Assembly (NCBI GenBank): GCA_045118975.1
Contig: JBGVCT010000009.1
Span: forward strand, 92,269 to 156,268
DNA: 64,000 nt
Source: Bacilli bacterium
GTDB lineage: Bacteria; Bacillota_I; Bacilli_A; RFN20; DUOF01
Reading direction: 5' to 3'
This document shows, one piece after another, positions 35,413-44,430 of the stretch. A model generated the notes under the pieces. It saw only the letters and a list, made by a program, of their open reading frames with translations, was not told the DNA's origin and did no database searches. The position numbers and the translations under genes are program-made. Every line of letters starts with the position of its first letter. Position 1 is the first letter of the stretch.

Positions 35413-36406
35413 ATTTTATATAATCATTTAAATATATAACCATTTCACTTATCATATTCACTAAATCATTATATCTTTGTGATTTAAAGTTATAATTAAT
35501 AAATTTAGAATTAAGTTCTAATTGAACTCCTATAATATGACACTCATCATGCACATAACTAGATATGGTTCCTTTTCCCGCATGAAATGGTGTATCTATA
35601 CTTGTTGAAAATTTATATTTAAGAGCTATTGATCTAAGTTTATTAAGCAAGATAGTATCATGATTAATATTGATACCACCATTGATACCTATATTAATTT
35701 CTTCTTCTCTAGAAATTCTCATCGCATGTAAATCTATTAAAGCTTTAATCTTATTATCTTTTATTTCTTTATTAAGCCTAGTTTTATACTTGCACTTACC
35801 TCTATTTGCATTATCATTAACAAATACATTACCTATATTTTTAGTCTTTATCATAACATTACAATCAGTTAGTAATTTTAATGACGAGGCAATTGTTCCA
35901 GTTCCAAAATCTGCTTTCTTATATACCCCGTTATAAAATTGAGAAACATTATGAGGAGCGCTTACAATAATATTTACTTCCCCCTTATCATAAACAAAAT
36001 CTCCCTTTTTACAACTATACTCTTTAAGCAAAGATTTAGATTCTAAATACAATTTATTATTCTTTTTAAAGTTATTAATAATCTTCTTTATAATACTCTT
36101 TTCATAAAAGAACAACTCATCATACTCATTATCACTATAATAGTCTTTTAAATAAAGTAAATCATTATTAAGCATATCTATTACATTTTCATCATTATAT
36201 ACAGAATACACTTTATATTTAACATGTTTAAAATAGTCTTCATATTTATCAGTAAATGAAATAATAAAGTCTTCATGGAAATATCTTTTCATATTTATAA
36301 GCATTGATATTTTGGCATTTTCTTCTTTTTCTATTTCCTTTATTATCTTTTTAAAGTTTACTGTATTAAATACTGAATCCTTATCTATTAAAATAGCAAT
36401 TTCCAT
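35411..36406 (-). CDS. N-formylglutamate-amidohydrolase-family (FGase-like) zinc hydrolase domain fused to an unknown ~130-aa N-terminal domain
   Basis: Ordered motifs: VSAPHN, VNDNANRG (D-x-NR), LIDLHAM, PFHAGKG, VQLELN. The ATG directly abuts the ung stop. Confidence 0.5.
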   Translation of the reverse strand: MEIAILIDKDSVFNTVNFKKIIKEIEKEENAKISMLINMKRYFHEDFIISFTDKYEDYFKHVKYKVYSVYNDENVIDMLNNDLLYLKDYYSDNEYDELFFYEKSIIKKIINNFKKNNKLYLESKSLLKEYSCKKGDFVYDKGEVNIIVSAPHNVSQFYNGVYKKADFGTGTIASSLKLLTDCNVMIKTKNIGNVFVNDNANRGKCKYKTRLNKEIKDNKIKALIDLHAMRISREEEINIGINGGININHDTILLNKLRSIALKYKFSTSIDTPFHAGKGTISSYVHDECHIIGVQLELNSKFINYNFKSQRYNDLVNMISEMVIYLNDYIK

Positions 36407-37072
36407 CTATTCAATTCTCCAGTCAATCGGAGCCCTTCCATTTTGTTTTAAAAATTCATTTGCCTTAGAAAAATGCTTACAGCCAAAGAATCCATTATAA
36501 GCACTAAGTGGAGAAGGGTGTACTGTCTCTAATACTAAATGTCTTGGATTATCAATTAAAGATTTTTTACTTCTACTAGGTCCACCCCAAAGCATAAACA
36601 CTTTTGGAGTGTCATCATCATTAAGCTTTTTAATTACTCTATCAGTAAATATTTCCCAACCCTTATTTTTATGAGCCATTGGTTTAGAGTCTACTACTGT
36701 CATAATAGTATTAAGTAATAAAACTCCTTCATTTGCCCATTTAGTTAAATTACCATGACTAGGTATTTCAATTCCTAAATCACTATTAATTTCTTTATAA
36801 ATATTAACTAAACTTGGAGGTACTTTTATTCCCTTATTTACAGAGAAACAAAGACCATGAGCTTGATTTACTTGATGATATGGATCTTGTCCTAAAATAA
36901 CTACTTTGACATTAGAAAAATCAGTTAATTCAAAACATTTAAAAATATCTCCTTTTTTAGGATATACATCTTTTGTATTATATTCATTAACAATAAATTC
37001 TTTTAAATTCTTAAAGTAATCTTTAGATATTTCATCATCAATAAAATCTTTCCATCCATTAACTATTTTCAC
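36407..37072 (-). CDS. ung: Uracil-DNA glycosylase (family 1)
   Basis: VVILGQDPYH and HPSPLSA motifs. 221 aa. Confidence 0.95.
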   Translation of the reverse strand: MKIVNGWKDFIDDEISKDYFKNLKEFIVNEYNTKDVYPKKGDIFKCFELTDFSNVKVVILGQDPYHQVNQAHGLCFSVNKGIKVPPSLVNIYKEINSDLGIEIPSHGNLTKWANEGVLLLNTIMTVVDSKPMAHKNKGWEIFTDRVIKKLNDDDTPKVFMLWGGPSRSKKSLIDNPRHLVLETVHPSPLSAYNGFFGCKHFSKANEFLKQNGRAPIDWRIE

Positions 37073-37867
37073 TTATATCACCAATAATATGATACTATAA
37101 ATAGTTCCAACACTAACACAATACCATCCAAATATTTTACTCTTTCCCCTTGCAACTAGCGAATGTAGCAAAGCCAGAGAGAAATAAGTCACTATGGTGG
37201 TTAATAAAAAGGAAATAATATATGGGATAAGTAAGGTCTTATCGAAATTAAAATCTGAGATATTTAACACTAAAGAGCCAATAACAAGAGGAAATAACAA
37301 AAGAAAAGTTAAATTGAAACTATCTTCTTTATTTAATTTAACCTGATTACACCCAAGTAAACTACTGCCACTCCTAGATATTCCAGGTATAACCCCAATT
37401 GATTGAATTAAGCCTATTTTGAATTTATCTAGCATAGTTAAGTCTTCAATATTTTTTGTATCATTATACTCCCTTTTAATTAATAGCAATAAACCATTGA
37501 TTACAAGAAGTATTCCTATATAACTAGTTAAAAAAGACAAATAATTATTTAATATTAATCCAATTATACACGTAGGAATACTAGCAATAACAATACTAAT
37601 AAAATAACTCCACTCTCTATATTTAGTTTTATCTGATTTAAACACATATGAAAACACACCTTGTATAATTCCTTTTATAAAATCAAAATAATACACCAAT
37701 AAAGCCACTAAAGATGCTAAATGCAACATAATTTCTATGCTTATATTACTATCATCAATATTAAATAATTTAGACAAAACAATTAAATGGCCACTACTAG
37801 AAATAGGAAGAATTTCTCCAACTCCTTGAACTAATGATAATACAATTAATTTAATTAAAAAAAGCAT
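37073..37867 (-). CDS. uppP: Undecaprenyl-diphosphate phosphatase (BacA/UppP)
   Basis: GVGEILPISSSGHL motif and GISRSGSS motif. 8-TM pattern. Confidence 0.9.
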   Translation of the reverse strand: MLFLIKLIVLSLVQGVGEILPISSSGHLIVLSKLFNIDDSNISIEIMLHLASLVALLVYYFDFIKGIIQGVFSYVFKSDKTKYREWSYFISIVIASIPTCIIGLILNNYLSFLTSYIGILLVINGLLLLIKREYNDTKNIEDLTMLDKFKIGLIQSIGVIPGISRSGSSLLGCNQVKLNKEDSFNLTFLLLFPLVIGSLVLNISDFNFDKTLLIPYIISFLLTTIVTYFSLALLHSLVARGKSKIFGWYCVSVGTIYSIILLVI

Positions 37868-37893
37868 ATATCTACCCCTTGTAAATATATGCT

Positions 37894-38775
37894 CTAATTT
37901 ATTAAATTATCTATTTCTTCCTTGGTTAACCTATAATAATTTTCTCTTTTTTCCTTAGAAAATTTACTTTTTAGAGCAACTAATATTCTTTGAAAAAAGT
38001 TAACACCAATAACCCTTTGTTTTATTAGTTTTTCTATTAAAGCACAACCAACTTTATACCCTATTTCTAATCTTTGCTTAGATCTAGTAGCATCAAAATC
38101 TAAAGTGCCTCCATCAACCATATGTTTTCCATTTGTGTAACTAGAAAAATCAATAATTAATGTATCATCATCACTATAATCAATGGCATCACTATCACTT
38201 CTTAATGGTATTACAAATATCAATTTACAACCCTTATCTTTTAATACTTTAACTGGGACATTACTAACCCCAAATCCATCGACATATTTAATCCCATTTA
38301 TTGTCACTGGTTCAAATACAACAGGAATTGCACTACTTGCTAAAATATAATCTAATATCTCATCTTTACTTTTACCATTAACCAAAAATTCACTAGGAGC
38401 TCCTTTTACCTTTAATGACACTGGAGTAGCTACAACATAACACTCTTTTTTAGATTTACTAGCCTTTTCAAGGTTAATTTTTTCATCAGCTAATTTTCTA
38501 AATCCATCTCTAGAAAACATACTCTTAGTTTTTAACTTAGTAAAAAATGAAGACTTAGAAAGTGCAATATCTTTAGTAACATTCTCCCAAATTTCTACTG
38601 CACCATCTATGTCATTTTCTAGCACTTTCATCGCATTAAGAGCACCAATACTAGTACCACTAACCATATCTACTCTTTTAATTAGTTTGTACTTTTTCAT
38701 AGCCTTGAGAACACCTGCTTGATACGCTCCCTTAGCTCCTCCTCCACCTAGTACTAAACCAACTTTATATTTCAT
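37894..38775 (-). CDS. Patatin-like phospholipase
   Basis: GGGGAKGAYQAG oxyanion motif and GTSIGA (GxSxG) nucleophile elbow. Confidence 0.85.
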   Translation of the reverse strand: MKYKVGLVLGGGGAKGAYQAGVLKAMKKYKLIKRVDMVSGTSIGALNAMKVLENDIDGAVEIWENVTKDIALSKSSFFTKLKTKSMFSRDGFRKLADEKINLEKASKSKKECYVVATPVSLKVKGAPSEFLVNGKSKDEILDYILASSAIPVVFEPVTINGIKYVDGFGVSNVPVKVLKDKGCKLIFVIPLRSDSDAIDYSDDDTLIIDFSSYTNGKHMVDGGTLDFDATRSKQRLEIGYKVGCALIEKLIKQRVIGVNFFQRILVALKSKFSKEKRENYYRLTKEEIDNLIN

Positions 38776-38777
38776 AA

Positions 38778-39881
38778 TTAAACATTAAACTTAAAGAACA
38801 TGATATCTCCATCTTTAACAACATATTCTTTACCTTCCATCCTTAATTTTCCATTTTCTTTAACCTTAAGTTCACTCTTATATTGCATAATATTCTCATA
38901 AGTGTAAACTTCAGCCTTAATAAATCCTCTTTGGAAGTCAGTATGAATAATACCTGCACACTCTGGAGCAGTCATACCCTTTTTAAAAGTCCATGCTCTA
39001 AGTTCATCTTCTCCTGCTGTAAAGTATGTTTCTAAGCCTAAAAGAGAATACATAGCCTTAGTTAGTTTATCTAATCCAGACTCATCAATTCCAAGTTCAT
39101 TTAAAAACTCTTGCTTTTCTTCTGCCTCTAAAGAAGCAAGATCAGCTTCAATTTGAGCACTTATAGGAATTACTAAACTATTTTCTCTACTAGCATATTC
39201 AACAAGTTTATTATACTCAGCATTACTTGTTGGATTATTAACTTCTGATTCATTTAAATTAGCCACATAAATGATTGGCTTAATACTTAATAAATTGAAG
39301 TTTTTAACTAAGTTAGCCTCAATAGAATTAAGTTCTACACTTCTAGCATTATTACCACTTTCTAAAGCATTTTTAATTTTAAGTAAAGTTTCATATTCTA
39401 ACATGGCTTCTTTATCTTTTGTGGTAGTAGCCTTCTTAGCTACTTTTTCAATTCTTTTTTCTACAACCTCTAAATCAGCAAGTGCAAGCTCATAGTTAAT
39501 AATCTCTACATCTCTAATTGCATCAACACTACCCTCAACATGTAAAATTTCATTATTTTCAAAACATCTTACAACTTGGCAAATAGCATCTGTTTCTCTA
39601 ATATTAGCTAAGAATTTATTACCTAAACCTTCTCCTTTACTAGCACCTTTAACAAGTCCTGCAATATCCACAAATTCTAATGTAGCTCTAATAACCTTTC
39701 TAGGGTTATATAAAGGTATCATATCATCTATTCTCTTATCCATTACCTCAACTACACCACTATTTGGTTCAATTGTTGCAAATGGATAGTTAGCAGCCTC
39801 CACATTGCTTAAAGTTATTGCATTAAATAATGTTGATTTACCAACATTTGGCATACCAACTATTCCCGCTTTTAATCCCAT
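38778..39881 (-). CDS. ychF: Ribosome-binding ATPase YchF
   Basis: GIVGMPNVGKST P-loop and a TGS-like C-terminus. 367 aa. Confidence 0.95.
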   Translation of the reverse strand: MGLKAGIVGMPNVGKSTLFNAITLSNVEAANYPFATIEPNSGVVEVMDKRIDDMIPLYNPRKVIRATLEFVDIAGLVKGASKGEGLGNKFLANIRETDAICQVVRCFENNEILHVEGSVDAIRDVEIINYELALADLEVVEKRIEKVAKKATTTKDKEAMLEYETLLKIKNALESGNNARSVELNSIEANLVKNFNLLSIKPIIYVANLNESEVNNPTSNAEYNKLVEYASRENSLVIPISAQIEADLASLEAEEKQEFLNELGIDESGLDKLTKAMYSLLGLETYFTAGEDELRAWTFKKGMTAPECAGIIHTDFQRGFIKAEVYTYENIMQYKSELKVKENGKLRMEGKEYVVKDGDIMFFKFNV

Positions 39882-39892
39882 ATTATCTCCTC

Positions 39893-41350
39893 CTACTTTT
39901 TCAAATATTCTTCAATTTGCATCTTTGCAAAATTACTATTAACAGCATCTAACCATTTTTCATTAACATTAATTGTTCTACTATATTTAACATTAACAAT
40001 AGCACCATTTTTCAATAAAGTTTCAAAACCACACTCTAAACCATTAATCAATATCTTATTAGTCTTAAACGCATTATTTGAATCAACTTTAAAAGCAAAA
40101 TCAAGTGCTGTAGAACCATTAGGGATTACAATAACTTCTCCCTTAGTGGAATAAACATAAATATATTGACTATAGTTAAATACATCTTCTTCTAGTATCT
40201 TTACATACGTATTAGAATCCATTCCTCTAACCATATTGATTCTATCTAATTCTTTAATAATATTTAGATGCTTTCTAATATCTTCTTGTTCTTTCTCTTT
40301 AGAGTATCCTCTAGCCTCATTATATTTCCACATACTAGAAATACCCACATTATAAATATCCTTCATTACCTTTGTAGCTATTGCAATTTTTACAGGTTGC
40401 CCTGTTGGTCCAATAACAACAGTATGTAATGCTTGATACATATTATATTTAGGTGAACTTATATAGTCCTTTAACTTACCAATTAATGGAGTATATATAG
40501 CATGTACTGCACCAAGTGCCAAATAACAATCAAGGTTATCTTCCACCACTATATGAATAACATCTAAGTCTTCAATTTCTTCAATTGCTCCATAAGTATT
40601 AAGATATCTATATATCTTATACATTTCCTTATTTGTGTGATAAACTTCATTTTCAATATCTAAGCTGTTAAGAGCTAGAGATAAATTTTGTTGCATCATA
40701 GCAATACTAGATTGTGTTCTTTTTACATGCTTACTAACAAAATCAGATATTAAATCATAGTTTTCTCTATCTAGATAATATAAACACAATTCTTCAAGTT
40801 CTCTAGCAATCTCATTTAACCCTAAATATCTAGCTACTGGAGCATATAATTCTAAAGTTTGTCTTGCTATTCTATTTTGCTTATCTTTACTCATAGCACT
40901 TAATGTTCTCATGTTATTAAGTCTATCAGCAATCTTTATAATAATTACTCTTACATCATCTCTCATAAGGGAGAATAACTTTTGTACAGTTTTATTTTTG
41001 CTATCTTTTTCCTCACTACTAACCTTAGTAACAGCATCCACTAAATCAGCAACATCTTTTGAAAATTCTCTTTCAATATCTTCATATGAAATAGAATCTA
41101 TATCTTCAATTGAATCATGTAATAAAGAAGCAATAATAGTGTTTGGGCCCGCAGTTAAATCAACTACTATCTCAGCAGTATCAATTAAATGTTTTACATA
41201 TGGATTTCCATCTTTTCTTTGAATACCTTGAAATGCTACACAAACATATTCATAAGCCTTTCTTATTAAATCCAAGTCTTCTTTTTTATGAATATACGTA
41301 TTTAATTTTTCGTATACTCTTTCAAATTCCACATTCATCTCATCCATCAT
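39893..41350 (-). CDS. Short RelA/SpoT homolog: HD (p)ppGpp-hydrolase domain, degenerate synthetase-like domain and TGS domain. The usual C-terminal regulatory domains are missing.
   Basis: HD region GNPYVKHLIDTAEIV...ASLLHDSIED. Synthetase-equivalent motifs are altered: HTNKEMYKIY for GRxKxxYSIY, DLDVIHIVV for DxxGxRxI, KIAIAT for E(V/I)QIRT. The TGS-like region is ...VYSTKGEVIVIPNGSTALDFAF. Confidence 0.75.
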   Translation of the reverse strand: MMDEMNVEFERVYEKLNTYIHKKEDLDLIRKAYEYVCVAFQGIQRKDGNPYVKHLIDTAEIVVDLTAGPNTIIASLLHDSIEDIDSISYEDIEREFSKDVADLVDAVTKVSSEEKDSKNKTVQKLFSLMRDDVRVIIIKIADRLNNMRTLSAMSKDKQNRIARQTLELYAPVARYLGLNEIARELEELCLYYLDRENYDLISDFVSKHVKRTQSSIAMMQQNLSLALNSLDIENEVYHTNKEMYKIYRYLNTYGAIEEIEDLDVIHIVVEDNLDCYLALGAVHAIYTPLIGKLKDYISSPKYNMYQALHTVVIGPTGQPVKIAIATKVMKDIYNVGISSMWKYNEARGYSKEKEQEDIRKHLNIIKELDRINMVRGMDSNTYVKILEEDVFNYSQYIYVYSTKGEVIVIPNGSTALDFAFKVDSNNAFKTNKILINGLECGFETLLKNGAIVNVKYSRTINVNEKWLDAVNSNFAKMQIEEYLKK

Positions 41351-42240
41351 AAATCACCCACAAACATACTTATTTTTTTCTTTAGTACTTTAACTTCAAT
41401 ATTTCTATATTCGCTTTTATCTCCATCTACATTCCAAGCAACATCGCTATCAGTTTCTATCTTAACATTACTACATTTATATAACTTAACATTTTTATTA
41501 TCTTTAAAGTTTTCTACACCTTGCATAAATAATCTCCATATATTAACTGGAGTATTTAGTGCATCATTTTTTATTACTAAAACTTCCACCTTACCATCTG
41601 ACATATCAGACTTGTAATTAATATATGGAAATCCTCCTACAGATCTTGTGTTTAATACTAAAACAAGTTGAGCATCCTTTATTTTATGAACTTGTTTTCC
41701 AACACTAATAGTTACATTCAAAGAAGCCACGTTGAAGGTTTCTTTAACAGCAATAAGATAATAAGCCGCCTTACCAATCTTTCTTTTTAACTTTTGATCA
41801 GCATTATATATTCCAGCAGTATAAGTACCAATACCTGCAATATAAGAAAAATAACTATCATTTATTTTACAAAGATCTATATCTTTCTTATTACCCTTTA
41901 AAATAACCTTTAATGCTCTTTTTATGTTATGAGGAATCCTATGGTTATAAGCAAAATCCCCACAACTACCCGAAGGAATATATCCAAGTACTGGAGCATT
42001 TTTATTTTCCCCAATACCATTTAAGATTTCACTAAAAGTTCCATCTCCACCGCTAGCAATTAAAACATCATATTTTCCACATGCTTCACTAGCTATTTTT
42101 TTACCTTCTCCTTGATATGAAGTTGGTCTAATCTCAACTTCTTCAAATTTTTTTCTTAACTCCTTTTCAACATAAGGTAACTTTTTTATGAACTTTTTAC
42201 TACTGCCGCTTACTGGATTATACACTAGTAAACATTTCAT
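41347..42240 (-). CDS. Diacylglycerol/lipid kinase (DAGK catalytic domain, YegS/DagK-like)
   Basis: LIASGGDGTFSEILNG motif. It ends in a TGA that overlaps the next ATG (ATGA). Confidence 0.85.
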   Translation of the reverse strand: MKCLLVYNPVSGSSKKFIKKLPYVEKELRKKFEEVEIRPTSYQGEGKKIASEACGKYDVLIASGGDGTFSEILNGIGENKNAPVLGYIPSGSCGDFAYNHRIPHNIKRALKVILKGNKKDIDLCKINDSYFSYIAGIGTYTAGIYNADQKLKRKIGKAAYYLIAVKETFNVASLNVTISVGKQVHKIKDAQLVLVLNTRSVGGFPYINYKSDMSDGKVEVLVIKNDALNTPVNIWRLFMQGVENFKDNKNVKLYKCSNVKIETDSDVAWNVDGDKSEYRNIEVKVLKKKISMFVGDL

Positions 42241-42242
42241 AA

Positions 42243-42998
42243 TTATTTCTCCTTAATAGAAAATCCCTCTACTATATAGTTATCAAATAGTTTAGATAAT
42301 TCTTTCTTTTCTTCCTTATTTTTTAAAGGCCAACCAATTATCTTATAACCCTTCTCTTTTAATTTCTTTATTTTTTCCTCATTATAATTATAAACATCAA
42401 AAGAGATAAAATCAGGTTTAGAATAACTTGCCCATATAAAGTTATCTATAACAAGTTTTTCTATTAAATTAGTAGTTTCAGTAGAACCAATTCTACCTGT
42501 ATATACTCCCTTATCTAATCTTCTATACTTGTTAAGCATATTTGGATTAAAAGAAACAACTACATACTTACCATTGTAATCCTTAAGCAATTCATATACT
42601 TTCTTTACTAAATATCTATTATGCTTTGCACTAGCATGCTTAAGTTCAATCATAAGTTCTACTTTTCCATCTACTTCTTTTAAAACTTCTTTTAAAGTAG
42701 GAACAGTTAAATCATCTCTTAATTTATTTAATCTTTTATAAGTTATATCACTAATATCTCTTTCTCTATTAAATAAACGTTTTAATGATCTATCATGTAA
42801 ACATACAACTTCACCATCTGAAGTTAGTCTCACATCTAATTCTATAGGACATTTTTCAGCCAATGCTGCTTTATATGCTTCCATTGTATTTTCATACACT
42901 TTAACATTATCAAACTTACCACGATGATAAATATTTTTGCTATAAACCCATTTATGATCTACCTCAAATGTCTTAATTCTATCTTCCCTTTTTTTCAT
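42243..42998 (-). CDS. Glycerophosphodiester phosphodiesterase
   Basis: HRG...ENTMEAYKAA...IELDVRLTSDGEVVCLHD motif series. Confidence 0.85.
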   Translation of the reverse strand: MKKREDRIKTFEVDHKWVYSKNIYHRGKFDNVKVYENTMEAYKAALAEKCPIELDVRLTSDGEVVCLHDRSLKRLFNRERDISDITYKRLNKLRDDLTVPTLKEVLKEVDGKVELMIELKHASAKHNRYLVKKVYELLKDYNGKYVVVSFNPNMLNKYRRLDKGVYTGRIGSTETTNLIEKLVIDNFIWASYSKPDFISFDVYNYNEEKIKKLKEKGYKIIGWPLKNKEEKKELSKLFDNYIVEGFSIKEK

Positions 42999-43845
42999 TA
43001 ACTCTTCCCCCTAAAAATTTATTTAATTCGTTTATAATATTTAATCCATCTTGATATCCAACTTTATACACATACTCGATAACAGACATGTCTTTTTCAA
43101 GTTGAGCAATATGTAATTCTTCACTTGGATATATTGCAAACACTTTTCCCTTATTAGCTAAGTCTTCAATGATATCACGTGTAATATTATACTTGTTATA
43201 CCTATTTTTAAATGTTGCTAACATTTCTGGATACCTTCTGTATTTAATCTTATAAAGATTCATCAAACTATATGGCTTAGCCTCAAATTCTTTATGTCTA
43301 GTACAAATCACTATAACCTTATCATATCCATCCTCTATTGCTTTCATAACAGGTATAGGATCACAAAATCCACCATCTAATAACTTAGTTCCATCAAGTT
43401 TCACACTTGTTGTAAATAGTGGCAAAGATGCACTAGCTTGAATATATGGATAATCTTGATATGACTCTATCTTTTTATAAACAGGTCTACCTGTTTTCAT
43501 ATCAAGGCAAGTAACAATATACTCTCCCATATTTGCTTCCATTGCCTCAATATCAAGTTTATCTAATTCTAAGTTAACTTCATTAAATAGATAATCAAGA
43601 TTAAGAATAGACTTACCTTGAAGAAACCTTTTATAATTAATGCAGTTTTTAAAAATATACTCTTTATTCACTCTATAACTTCTTCCCTTTTGCTTAGAAA
43701 GATATGACATAGCGTTTAAAGCTCCTGCACTTACTCCATAGATATTGTTTATAAATATATCATTTTCTAAAAAGGCATCTAGTACTCCAGTGGTATATAT
43801 ACCTCTATTTCCTCCACCCTCTAAAACCAAACAAACCTTACTCAT
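42979..43845 (-). CDS. Patatin-like phospholipase
   Basis: LEGGGNRGIYTTG and GVSAGA (GxSxG) motifs, with a DGG motif later. Confidence 0.85.
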   Translation of the reverse strand: MSKVCLVLEGGGNRGIYTTGVLDAFLENDIFINNIYGVSAGALNAMSYLSKQKGRSYRVNKEYIFKNCINYKRFLQGKSILNLDYLFNEVNLELDKLDIEAMEANMGEYIVTCLDMKTGRPVYKKIESYQDYPYIQASASLPLFTTSVKLDGTKLLDGGFCDPIPVMKAIEDGYDKVIVICTRHKEFEAKPYSLMNLYKIKYRRYPEMLATFKNRYNKYNITRDIIEDLANKGKVFAIYPSEELHIAQLEKDMSVIEYVYKVGYQDGLNIINELNKFLGGRVNEKKGR

Positions 43846-43857
43846 TTAAGTAATCTC

Positions 43858-44316
43858 CTAATATAATTTACCATCACTAATCAAGAAACTCTTTGATAAA
43901 TAAGCTGCCAGTTTATTAGACTTAAATCTATTGTATGAGCATACAACTTCATTATAATAATCTTTAACATAATTAATCTTTTCTTCAGCTTCATTACACT
44001 TTAATATTAACTCCTCATTTTTAGTTAAACTTATATAATGATTGAATGATTCATTAAATGATTTTAAATCTAAATCATATACTATCTTATCTTCTTTTTT
44101 ATATTCCTCTATTATATTTAATAATCTCGGATCACTATCACCACTAGAAGCTAATAATTCACATTTAATATCAACTTGTGCCTTTATTTGTAAATAAACC
44201 TCTTTTACCTTCTTTTCATGTTTCTTTAACTTTATATATAAACATACAGGATATAAAACAACTAACACTCCAAGTGCACTAACCACTCCAAATAAAATTA
44301 AAAATGTTTCAAACAT
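43858..44316 (-). CDS. LemA-like membrane-anchored protein
   Basis: N-terminal TM segment. The C-terminal ...YYNEVVCSYNRFKSNKLAAYLSKSF resembles the LemA YN..v..YN...fP motif. ATG chosen 6 nt after GGAGTG. Confidence 0.45.
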   Translation of the reverse strand: MFETFLILFGVVSALGVLVVLYPVCLYIKLKKHEKKVKEVYLQIKAQVDIKCELLASSGDSDPRLLNIIEEYKKEDKIVYDLDLKSFNESFNHYISLTKNEELILKCNEAEEKINYVKDYYNEVVCSYNRFKSNKLAAYLSKSFLISDGKLY

Positions 44317-44408
44317 AACTATCACTCCTATAATATTTAATTATTAAATATTATAACAAAGTTAATCATAACTATTAAGATTTTTTTACTTTAACTAATC
44401 AATATAAC

Positions 44409-44430
44409 AAAAAAAGGACCTTAGTCCTTC
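44409..44430 (-). terminator. Intrinsic terminator after the GH13 gene
   Basis: Stem AAGGAC, loop, stem GTCCTT, overlapping the stop codon and followed by a T-run on the minus strand. Confidence 0.5.

Noticed and set aside
37894-43845. The two patatin-like phospholipases could be CBASS/CapV-type defence effectors.
   Set aside because: No CD-NTase, SMODS, SAVED or other signalling gene is nearby. Both are embedded in a long housekeeping operon next to a GDPD and a lipid kinase, which points to lipid metabolism.
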